In this document: positions 52,242-64,000 of the stretch, in pieces
Numbering within the stretch: position 1 is the first letter of the stretch
Layout: each line of letters opens with the position of its first letter
Source: Octopus sinensis
Taxonomy: Eukaryota
Reading direction: 5' to 3'
Length of the DNA: 64,000 nucleotides
Assembly: GCF_006345805.1 (NCBI RefSeq)
Contig: NC_043003.1
Coordinates: 26,598,001 to 26,662,000, forward strand
The notes under the pieces: generated by a model
Told to the model about the DNA's origin: nothing
Databases searched by the model: none
The model's input: only the letters and a program-made list of their open reading frames with translations
Translations under genes and position numbers: made by a program

Positions 52242-53986
52242 GCTCTGTGTGCTTTAACGTTGTTAGTAGGCAACAGTCCGGGTACTTATTGATCAGACGA
52301 CGTATATATATTTGTGTGTATGTGTATGTATATGTGTGCGCGCGCGTATGTGTGTGTGTGTGTGTGTGTGTGTGTTGGGTCGGAATAAAATAAACTGATC
52401 AAAGAGGAAAAAGATCCTGTCACGTTTAAACGTAGTCTGGATAGATTTCTTCAAGGAATATCAGACAAGCCACCCGTATCTGGATACAATTCACTCAACA
52501 AGAACTCACTACTTGAATGGACCATAATACCACAAAACTTACAAAGGATTTAGATAATCCGATCAGGTGGTGCTATTAAGTTAGACATGGCCTGGACCAA
52601 TCTTTGGTCGAAACATATCTAAGTTTTATCTAAATTTTATCTTTTATTTAAATAAATTCAAAATCAATATTCAAATATTTCTACATACCTATATTTAACG
52701 ATGTCATATTTTGTTCCACTAACGTTTATCATCTTTTAGTAAGCTTCATAATTCCATCTCCCCAGAACATGATATCTTTCTCCTTCTAGTCTAACTGCTT
52801 TTTTACGGTCTTCCAAATAATTGAAGTTCTTCCCATTTTGTATGAATCGAAATAAGGGGTAATTGGAAGCTGCATGGTCAGGTGATAATTCCAGCCAAGC
52901 TGTACAAATTTCTGCTGACCCCGCAAAGAAATATGAAACCCATCAGTAACTTTTGGGACACACTGTATAAGATGTATACTCTCTTTTACTCTTTTACTTG
53001 TCTCAGTCATTTGACAGGGGCCATGCTGGAGCACCACCTTTAGTCGAGCAAATCAACTCCAGGACTTATTCTTTGGAAGCCTAGTACTTATTCTATCGGT
53101 CTCTTTTGCCGAACCGCTACATTATTGGGACGTAAACACACCTGCAACGGTTGTCAAGCGATGTTAGGGGGACAAACACAGACACACAAACATACATACA
53201 CATACACACACACATACACACACACACACACACACATATATATACATATACATATATACGATGGGCTTCTTTCAGTTTCCGTCTATCAAATCCACTCACA
53301 AGGCTTTGGTCGGCCCGAGGCTATAGTAGAAGACACTTGACCAAGGTGCCACGCAGTGGGACTGAACCGGTAACCATGTGGTTGGTAAGCAAGCTTCTTA
53401 CAACACAGCCAATCCTGCGCCTCTGCGATATCTCGTGTCGTGTGGTCTGGATTATTTTTGATTACCGTTTCGATTGGGTGATTATCGATGACTGTAGGTC
53501 TGCTGCAACATTAACAGTCTTTTAAATCAAAATTTCATCTCCCAATACCTCGAAAGTCACATACGAACATTCCTATCACCCATGACACTGTTTTCGTAAA
53601 CTCCTCAAATCTTTTTGGCGGTTTGTACAGCGTTTTTACCTCCTTCGAAATAGAAGAGCGTCACCTGATGCTCTTGTATTTTCCTCCATTTTACTTTTTA
53701 ACATAAGGACAGAAGAAATAAAGTATCCTTTTGGTTATTGAAAAGAAAGACCTGTCAAATGTCACCTTTCAGAAAATAGATATGTCATAAGCTACTGTAA
53801 TGTGAAGAGAAAAATAACGTGTTTAAACGCCAGAAATTTACACACACACATGATATATATATATATATATAATGTGTGTTTGTGTGTCTTTTATCTTTTT
53901 GTTGTATCAATCATTGCACTGCAGCTACACAGGTGCACCACCCTGAAAGGTTTTATTCGACTAAACCCCGGTACATACATACATAG

Positions 53987-54030
<44 letters not shown>

Positions 54031-54136
54031 TTTTTCTGTCTAGTAATAGGACTGAACCTGGAACCAGTAGGTTGGGAAGCAAGTTTCTCATATAGCGATG
54101 GTTTACCCCCTTGTGTGAGTGTGTGCGTGTGCGTGT

Positions 54137-54320
<184 letters not shown>

Positions 54321-54661
54321 GTATTAGCGCGCGTGTGTGTGTGTTTGTGTGTGTGTATTATATATGCTATCAATGCAGAATGACATAAAGATTTAATACA
54401 ACCATGAAAGTAAAAAAACAATTAGAAAACAAACAAATCCGAGGGTGCGTTTTCATTGTTATGAAACTATAAAAGATAGAATTAGATTGTGGTGGTGATG
54501 GTGATGGTGGGAGGGGGAACCAACGTAAAGGGGAACGGTAGCAAGTGACAGGGGATCAGGGTTAGGTCTGTTGGGGGTGATGGGATAAAGGGGTAGGTGT
54601 ATGTGTGTGTGTGTGTGTGTAATGGCTGATGTGTCGATTGGTTGGAGGAGATCGGAGGGTA

Positions 54662-55520
54662 GAGGTCTGTCTGTTAGTCTTACAGTCTGTCCGTGTGTAT
54701 GTATGTATGTATGTATGTACGTATGTATGTATGTATGTATGTATGTATGTATGTATGTATGTATGTATGCATGCATGCATGTATGTATGTATGTATGCAT
54801 GCATGCATGCATGCATGCATGTATGTATGTATGTATGTATGTATGTATGTATGTATGTATGCATGCATGTATGTATGTATGTATGAATCTATGTATGAAT
54901 GTATGCATGTATGTATGCATGAATGTATATCTCTGAAAGTATGTATGTAGGCGCATACATGGTTCCGGTTCAGTTCCGGTTCAGTAGAGGTCTGTGTGTT
55001 AGTCTTACAGTCTGTCCGTGTGTATGTATGTATGTATGTATGTATGTAATGTATGTATGTATGTTATGCATGCATGCATGTATGTATGTATGTATGCATG
55101 CATGCATGCATGCATGCATGTATGTATGTATGTATGTATGTATGTATGTATGTATGCATGCATGTATGTATGTATGTATGAATCTATGTATGAATGTATG
55201 CATGTATGTATGCATGAATGTATATCTCTGAAAGTATGTATGTAGGCGCATACATGGTTCCGGGTTCAGTTCCGGGTTCAGTAGAGGTCTGTGTGTTAGT
55301 CTTACAGTCTGTCCGTGTGTATGTATGTATGTATGTATGTATGTATGTATGTATGTATGTATGTATGTATGTATGTATGTATGCATGCATGCATGCATGT
55401 ATGTATGTATGTATGTATGTATGTATGTATGTATGTATGTATGAATGTATGCATGTATGTATGCATGAATGTATATCTCTGAAAGTATGTATGTAGGCGC
55501 ATATATGGTTCCGGGTTCAG
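54662..55520. repeat. Triplicated ~300-325-bp unit with (TATG)n core abutting a SINE C head
   Basis: GAGGTCTGT at 54662, 54987, 55284; each unit ends ..GTAGGCGCATACATGGTTCC(G)GGTTCAG. Confidence 0.85.
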
Positions 55521-56064
55521 TCCCATTGCGTGGCACCTTGGGCAAGTATCTTCTACTATAGCCTCGGGCCGACCAAAGCCTTGTGAGTGGATTTGGTAGA
55601 CGGAAACTGAAAGAAGCCCGTCGTATATATGAATATGTATATATATATGTATATAAATATATATACATATACATATATATGTATATGTATATATGTGTGT
55701 GTGTGTTTGTGTGTCTGTGTTTGTCCCCCACCCCAACATCGCTTGACAACCGATACTGGTGTGTCTACGTCACCGTAATATAGCGGTTCGGCAAAAGAGA
55801 CCAATAGAATAAGTACTAGGGTTACAAAGAGTAAGTCCTGGGGTCGATTTCCTCGACTAAGGGTGGTGCTCCAGCATGACTGAAACAAGTAAAGAGAGAT
55901 TATGTATGTGTGCATCTATGTAGGCTTGTATGTATGCATGCATGTATGAATGTATCTATGTATGTATGTTTGCATTTATTTATGTGTGTGTATGCATGTA
56001 TGTATGGGTATGTATGCGTGTGTATGTGTTTATGTATACATATATATATATGTATACGTATGTA

Positions 56065-56888
56065 CAGAGTGCGATGGGCAAATTGCCGTCATTTTATATT
56101 TTTTATTTCGCGCATGTACATTGTTTTTTATTTTGTCGGCTACAGATAATAGTAGGATCAGCTGGGCACCGTCCGTGAGAAAAACAACACCATGACGCAA
56201 TTCACTCTGGCAGGAATTTGAAGCTGACATGCTGTACTGATTGGCATTCACGCCGGAAGTTCGAGTACGAAAAATTGGTGAACACAGAGAAAACCGTTGG
56301 GTTGCCATGTCCCCAAAAACATGTGCCGAGAGTGATAGGAATCAAACATCGAATCAACATCATGGTGCTTGGAGTGATCACTAGTGACGGCAATGTTATG
56401 CCTCCATTCTTCTTCCCACACGGCCTAAATCATGTACCTGGAGGAGGTAGAGCTGCCTTGAGTCAAATGGGTGGCTGCTGAAAGACCCGGTGTCTGGCAA
56501 CAGGTCTATGCACCATGCCACACAAGCAGAAGAACCCAGTCATGGCTGTCAGACAATTTCTGCGACCACATCACCCCTAACGTCAGGCCACATAACTCCC
56601 CAGACTACAACTCCCTTCATTATTAGTATGGGGTGCAGTTGAGCGAGCGACAAACAAAACTATTTGTAACACCTGAGATAAAACTGAAGGTTAGGGTTAT
56701 GGCAACATTCACCAACTTAAACAAGAAGACCGTCGAGAATAGTTGCAGTAGATTCCGAAGTTGTGTGGAGGCCATGGTTGAAGCCAATGGCGATTTTATT
56801 GAATAAATTTACTCTTTAGTATTTCAAGGTATTTTTATGTAATTTTGGTAATTATATCTGTTAAAATCAGTTTATTCACCGCACCGTG
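56065..56888 (+). mobile_element. Internally deleted maT/DD37D-like transposon
   Basis: TIRs CAGAGTGCGATGGGCAAATTG and CAGTTTATTCACCGCACCGTG with TA flanks; ..INIMVLGVITSDGNVMPPFFFPHGL.., WQQ..APCHTSRRTQSWLSDNF..PPNSPD-like, ..VEAMVEANGDFIE*. Confidence 0.85.
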
Positions 56889-56895
56889 TATATAA

Positions 56896-57021
<126 letters not shown>

Positions 57022-57054
57022 GTTTGTCTGTCTATCTCTCTGTTACAATAAAGC

Positions 57055-58732
57055 AGCAGACTCCACGAAATGGAGAAATTGCTGCAAATTTGGATTGAGG
57101 ATCAAATTAAAAAACGGACACCGTTAAGTCTTTTTACTGTGCGGTCGAAGGCAAGAAATCTATTTCAGACTGTAAAGGAGCATTCTGGAAAAGATTTCAA
57201 TCAAGAATTTTTTAGCAATTACTGGCTGGTTCAAAAGATTTAAAGAAATATTCCAGCTTTATAATGTTTGAGCGACTGGAGAAGCGGCGAGTGCAGATGA
57301 GGAAGCAGCTGGTAAGTTTGTTAGCTATTTGAAGGAAATAATTACGGATGAAGGCTATGTAGCAGAGCAGGGGTGTTTTGGAAACGCATGCCAGCACGCA
57401 CTTACATCAACAAAGAAGCCAAATGCATGCCTGGAATTAACGCATTTAAGAACAGGCTGACTCTGTTGCTTGGCGGGAACATCGCAGGGTTTAAGCTGGA
57501 AACTTTCTTAATTTACCACTCAGAAAACCTGTGTGATTTCAAGAATGAAGATTAGCACACATTACCCGTCTACTTTTGTTCTCAGCCTCAGGCATGGATG
57601 ACATGAGGAACGTTTGAAAACTGGTTTCTGAATTGTTTTATTCTTCAAGTTCGTGTTTATTGTTTGAAGAGAGAAATTCTTTTCAAGATTTTATTGCTTC
57701 TGGATAATGCGCCTGGACATCCATCTCATCTATCGGATCTTCATCCCGATGTGAAAGTGGTGTTTTTTTCCATCGAACACGACTCCACTCATCCAGTCAA
57801 TGGGTCAAGGTTCGATTGCTACACCGAAGACTAACTATCTTCGAACCAGTTTCGCTCAAGCCATAACCGCCGACCAAGAACTATCACAGCGAGAATTTTG
57901 GAAAAAGTACAATATTCTGACGTGCATCAAGAATATCGCTACCGCTTGGGAGGCTGTGAGAAAGAAATACATGAAAGGCATCTGGAAAAACTGTGTTGGA
58001 AAAACGCCTTGTTGACACTCATGATGGATTTAACAGTGAACATGAATTTGAAATGATTCGCGGGAAAACAGTAAAACTGGCTAAAGACCTTTCTTTGGGG
58101 TGTGATGTAGAAGATATCAAAGATTTATTAGACCAAGAACCCGAAGAACTTACAAATGAAGAGCTTATTGAATTGGAAAAAGAACGCGCGGAAGAAGAAA
58201 GGAGGGAAGTGGAGAAAGAAGAAGAGATGCCAGAAAGATGTTTCACTACAAAAGGATTGTAAGAAGGTTTATATCAACTGAATAAACGTCTTACACACTT
58301 TGAAGTAATGGACGCAGACATCAAACGATTTGCAAGGATTGAACGGATGGCACACTGTGTTTCGTCCGTATCGTGAAATTTATGAAGAGAAAAAGAAACA
58401 AACAATTCAGGCAAAAAAACAACAACTCTGGCTACTACAACTGTTGCCTCGGCAAACGACATCGAAGATCTACCGCCAAGTTCCAGTCTACAATAAATTT
58501 TTACGTAAATTTTGCAACTGTTTCTTACACTACATTGTGTATTTCTTGTATTTGCATTCTTTGGTAGTTTTCTGTAAACAAATAACACTGTTGTAGTACA
58601 GAATGCTGTGTGTGACTTTTACCTGAGGATGTACTTTAAGAAGTTAAAAATATAAAACAAAGCTATGTAGGCTTATAGGCCGACTTACGACCAGTCAGTC
58701 GGAGCCAATTGTGGTCGTAAGTCGACGACCTG
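57055..58732 (+). mobile_element. Tigger/pogo-type transposon relic (CENP-B-like HTH + DDE_1), 5' truncated
   Basis: [62 protein letters not shown]; right TIR GTGGTCGTAAGTCGACGACCTG. Confidence 0.9.
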
Positions 58733-58866
58733 CATATGTATATGTGTATGTATGTATGTATGTATGTATGTATGTATGTATGTATGTATTTATGTATGTA
58801 TGTATGTATGTATGTATGTATGTATGTATGTATGTATGTATATGTATATATATATACATACATGCA

Positions 58867-58902
<36 letters not shown>

Positions 58903-58906
58903 CAAT

Positions 58907-58960
<54 letters not shown>

Positions 58961-59157
58961 GTATGTATGCGTGTACATATATGTATATATACACACATAT
59001 TTACACACACACGCGTGTGTAATTATGTACGTGTGCATGCATCTTTGTATCCATGTATAACTGTATGAGAGAGAGAGAGAGAGAGATACAAACAGATGGA
59101 GGGAAAGGGAGAAAAAGGGAGGAACCATATGACGTCAAAAGTAAAAAACCGTTGACA

Positions 59158-59159
<2 letters not shown>

Positions 59160-59218
<59 letters not shown>

Positions 59219-59710
59219 GAGTGAGAGAGCAGCGCATACCATCAAAGAACAATTACACGAAACCCAATATACTCATCATGACTACCCGTCTGATAAGGGT
59301 ACACTAAACACATGCATCACAACCATATGTGCGCGACATGGTGATCTCATATTATGATAAACAGCACATGACCTTGCAGGTAGGGGCCCAGTTAGAATTT
59401 TCTTCAGGTCGAGCAGCTCATCCCGCTCAAAAGGTCTCTGAGTAAGGGTCGTTTAAGGATGATGAAGAAAACACCCATGTTTCCAAAGATGAATTATTCA
59501 AGCCCCAAAGAATTTCTCTCAACACATGGCTATCATGCTCCCCCACTACTTCTGCTCGTGATAAGAGATGCACACATCGTCAGTCACTAAGGGACATGCT
59601 CAACTGGTTAAGGTCAAACAACTGACAAGTAAATCTGTGGTATTGAGCAGAATATTTACTGTAGCCCATCTTTTATACCAAGGCAAAGCGATGTACATGA
59701 TAACACTTCC
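59160..59710 (-). mobile_element. Unclassified retroposon 3' end with (AAT)n tail
   Basis: Complex sequence directly abutting a (TTA)n tract at 59160-59218; no ORF homology recognised. Confidence 0.4.
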
Positions 59711-59799
59711 AATAACTTAAGATCAGAACCCATGAGAGACACTGCCTGGTATTGCATCAGGGCATTTATCATCATCATCATCATCATTATTTTATCAAT

Positions 59800-60600
59800 A
59801 CCAAGGCGATCAGCTAACAGAATTCTTAGCATGCCGGACAAAATGCTAAGTGTCATTTCTTCCGGTTTCATGCTCTGAGTTCAAATTCTGCCAAGGTGTA
59901 TTTGCCTTTCATCCCTTTCGGGATCGATAATATAAAATACCAGTTAAAATACTGTGGTCGATTTAATCGACTTAGTTCCTCCCCCGAAACCACTGGCCTT
60001 GGACCAAAATTTTAAATCACTATTTGAAGGCTGTGAGGTGGTAGAATTGTGAGCACACTGGGCAAAATGATTTGCGGCATTTCGTTCCTCTCCACGTTCT
60101 GAGTTCAAATGCCACCAAGGTCAGCTTTGCTTTTTAAAAATAAGTACCAGTGAAACACTGGGGTCGATGTAATCGACTAGTATACTACCTGCAAACTTCT
60201 GGCCTTGAGCCTTTAATAGAAAGGATTATTAATATTATTATTATTATTTGCACGCCGTGCAAAATGCTTAACAGTATTTAATCCTTCTTCACGTTCTGAG
60301 TTGAAATTCTGGGGTCTTTATTATCGACTTCGCCCGTCCTCACGAACTTGTCCTTATGCCAAAAATAATGAAACCATTATTATTATGTCAATAAGAAGGC
60401 GGCAAGCATTCAGAATTATTAGCAAGCCAGACAAAAGGCTAAGATGTGTTTCTTCCGGTTTTATATTCTGTATTTAAATGCTGCCTAGGTAGACTTTGCC
60501 TTTCACTTTTTTTCGTGGTCGATAAAATAAGTACCAGTTGGACCCTGGAGTCGATATAATCGACTGAGCCCCTTCTTCAAAATTTCAGGACTTTTGCCTA
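59800..60600 (+). mobile_element. Cluster of old SINE family B copies
   Basis: Repeated CTGAGTTCAAAT..TTTGCCTTTCA..GATAAAATAAGTACCAG. Confidence 0.7.
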
Positions 60601-61136
60601 TAAGGGAAAACGATTCTTATATCAATAAAAAAAGCAACAAGAGTCAGTGACAACAACAACAAACACAACATCAATAACAAAGCAACAGCGACATTTACCA
60701 GCGTGAGCCAAAATGGAGTCGATTGTTTTGTTAGAAATAGAAGTAAAATCTTCCTCAACTCACACCAACAAACTTAAAAAAAGGATATATTAGATAATGT
60801 CATCCAGACTTCCCTGTACATAGGAACAAGATGTGACGGTCATGGCTAAAGTACCCGTGATCTTAGGTATACTCGATCTTGGATGTACTCGGGGTTGAAT
60901 AACAATAAAAGTAATGATGTCGGCAAACAATGAAAATGTCTCAACATGATGGCCCGACCTGTTAGAAGTAACAACTAAATGACCCTCTCGTTGAGGTTCT
61001 GAGAAAAGGAAGGCCGTACTTGATTATATTGTTCTGGGTAGAGTCTTTGTGAAAAACAAAAACAAGATGGTCACGGCTAAAGCGTATTTGATTTACTACC
61101 ACGCCGACGACGACGACAACAACAACAACAACAATA

Positions 61137-61231
<95 letters not shown>

Positions 61232-62520
61232 CTCAACAACAAAAAGCAACAAAATCAAGGAAACAATGTCAATAACAATATCAAGGCGGTGCCCCAGCAT
61301 AGCCGTGGTGTAATGACTGAAACAAATAAAAGAATAAAGGAACAATATGCCGAACCTCAACAGCAACACCAGCAGAAACAACAAAAGCAATAACCGCAGC
61401 AGCGGCAGCAACAACAGCAACAATGAACAACAGCAGCAACAGTGGAGGGGCAATGGTCCAGTGGTTAGCGCAGCGGACTCGCGGTCGTAAGAACGCGGTT
61501 TCGATTCCCAGACCGGACATTGTGAGTGTTTATTGAGCAAAACACCTAAGCTCCACGATGCTCCAGCGGGTCGTGGTGATGAACCCCGCTGTACTCTTTC
61601 ACTACAACTTTCACTTTTTCTTTCTACTTCTGCCACAAAGCAGAGGAACCATGGTGCAACCCATTATGGTGTGGTAAACTTTCAGACCCTAGTCTAGACT
61701 GCGAATCCTCTGTACCCGAGGATGGTTCAGCTCTCCACCCATTAAAAGCCACCGTTTACGGAATGAGGATAACAACGTAGCTTTCGCGCCCGTGCAACCG
61801 CCAGTCTATCGCATGTGGTGGGTGGATCTTCAAGTTGCTACACGCATTCTTAGTAGCTTAGAGTAGGCTCGAATTAGAGATTATTCTTTGTGGCTAATGG
61901 CGTGAGTCCTGATTAGAAGAAGAAGAAGAAGAAGAAGAAGAAGAAGAAGAAGAAGAAGAAGAAGAAGACAGCAACAACAACGATATTACCAACAACAACA
62001 ACAGTTAAATTACCATCATTACCATCGTCATCATCATCATCATCTACAGCAAGAACACAAGCAGCACTGATTATCACAAATACCCTGTTCCCGCCACCAC
62101 CGCTGCCAATTCTGACCCCCGTCCTAACCAATCAATTTGCGTGGGTGGAATAGTTGATAAACAGTTCACATCCGTTCAATCCCAATCTATTGTTGTACAC
62201 CTTCTGTAGCAAATTTTACTTCCTCTGTTTCGTTCCCGCCATTCACATGAAAATATATTCGCCATTTTCGAGAGAACATTGGTTAGTGATAGGGTATTGT
62301 TATCGATCAAGTTTGGGTTGGTCAATCAATTCATTGTTGTTGTCCAGTTTCTCTGGCCAATGATTGACTGTAAATGAGGCCAGGAAATGCGGTAAAGATC
62401 GAAAAAAAAAAAACAAAAGAAAAGAAATCAACAAAACAAAAAGAAAATAGAAAGCAAAAATATAAATCTCGCTTTTGGTATATGGCCCAGGGTGAAGTAA
62501 CGGGGATGGAACATTTATGT

Positions 62521-62940
62521 GGTCATTTCACCTGGAAACAGTAGCTAAACTTCTCTCACATCAACATGTTCATAAGGAAGATGAAGGATTCATTGGATAA
62601 TGAAGTCCAGGGTACAATAAACCAAAATAGCTGCTTTGGAGACTAAACAATTGCAATGGCACCTCTATGTGGTCATTCGACGAGCTCGAAATAGCAGCCA
62701 GATATCTTTCAAATCAACAGTATCTTCTTGAAGAAAATGCAAGACATTTTGGATATGGTATCCCAAGGTACATTAAACCAAAATAGCTGCTCTGGAGGCT
62801 AGAGTGCAACGACGCTTCTAGACAGTCCTTCTCCGAATTCAAAATAGCAGTCAAGTCTCCTTCAAATCAACAACATTTCTTAAAGAAAAAGCAAGGCACA
62901 TTGGATAATGTAGTTCAGCGTACACTAAATCATAAAGAAA
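62521..62940. repeat. Degenerate 150-bp tandem repeat x3
   Basis: Units start at 62521, 62671, 62821; shared AAATAGCAG..TCAAATCAAC..TTGGATA..ACCAAAATAGCTGC. Confidence 0.7.
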
Positions 62941-63630
62941 ATAAGATCAGACAGAATGGCCACATGTGGAAGGTCCTTGATTATATAATACATCTACATC
63001 GACCTATCATGTCAAAAAAGAGATTAATACATAGGTTAAAGTGCAATGTTGTGACCAGTTCAAATATACTCGTGGCGGATTCGAAACATTAAGCAAGCCA
63101 TTCACTGCGTTATGTCATGGAGAAAATTTCTCGTTATACAAATAGTGTGAATGCACCTATATCAGCTCACAGCGCCACCTGTTTAAACTGTGAGATGCAA
63201 GCATTTCGGAGTGCGGATGGAGGTGCTCCGAGCTGATAAAGAAGAGATTGTCTCTCTTATGCTATTCCAGTTATCCTACGATGAGCGATAGCACTAATCG
63301 GCGGCTCAACGTAAGCAAATAACGGGGTGGGAGCGCAAAGCAGTGAAGTGTACAAATGCAATGTTATTATCAGTTCAAGGCTACCATTGTTTTCAGCTAC
63401 CATTGTTTTCATGCTAAAAGAAATCTCAGTAATTATCAAGTCTACCACATGGGATGTTGGCCCTTGTCTCCGTCTTGGATTAAGACTTCAAGACGGAAAC
63501 GAGGAGACGATCATTAACGTTCCGTGTAGCAGGCTTGATAATTATTAAGATTTTCTCGGTATGATACCAACAACAGCCTTGTTAACCCATAAATAAAATG
63601 TACGTGTGTGTGTGTATTTGTGTGTGTTGT

Positions 63631-63681
<51 letters not shown>

Positions 63682-64000
63682 TGTGTGTGTGTGTCTGTGT
63701 CTGTGTGCAAATCCTTCCGATTTCTTCAGAATGCTGTACAGTAAGTTTTCAGCGCAATGATTTGGGGAGTGGTGAGAAAGGAAGGTCATGTCTTGCTATC
63801 TGACAATTTTCAAGTTTTAAAACTAATGTTGCTAGATACCTAGAGAGGCTGTTGACATATTTACACACACACACATGCAAAAGCATGCACACACAAACAC
63901 GCATACATACACACACACACAAACACACACACATTTATATACACACACATATTCTTTATATATATATATATATGTGTACACATACATACATATATATATA

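Overview
This is eukaryotic, AT-rich, non-coding DNA saturated with microsatellites ((TA)n, (TATG)n, (CA)n, (TATC)n, trinucleotide tracts) and transposable elements, with one 100-N scaffold gap at 34534-34633. The SINE/LINE landscape looks like that of an octopus or other coleoid cephalopod; this is inferred from repeat types and was not searched. I cannot support any host protein-coding gene: almost all ORF-track entries are translated microsatellites. Real protein homology is limited to TEs: a near full-length RTE-clade LINE (APE + RT + PHD-like finger), two RLE-type non-LTR 3' ends, Penelope-like (PLE) RT and GIY-YIG remnants, mariner, maT/DD37D-like and Tigger/pogo transposase relics, several MITEs, a Helitron-like element and three tRNA-derived SINE families. 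The most notable signal is a set of hammerhead ribozyme (HHR) motifs in non-coding repeats. A 489/490-bp unit occurs as a tandem array at 39.5-40.8 kb and as an inverted pair at 26.0-26.7 kb. Each unit carries a type I HHR with an 8-bp stem I that shows a compensatory base change between loci, making it a retrozyme-like candidate for circular RNA production. Two other HHR-bearing repeat families (2.2/10.0/37.8 kb and 44.8 kb) and a near-perfect 87-bp-arm hairpin are also present. All structures were folded by eye and boundaries are approximate unless stated.
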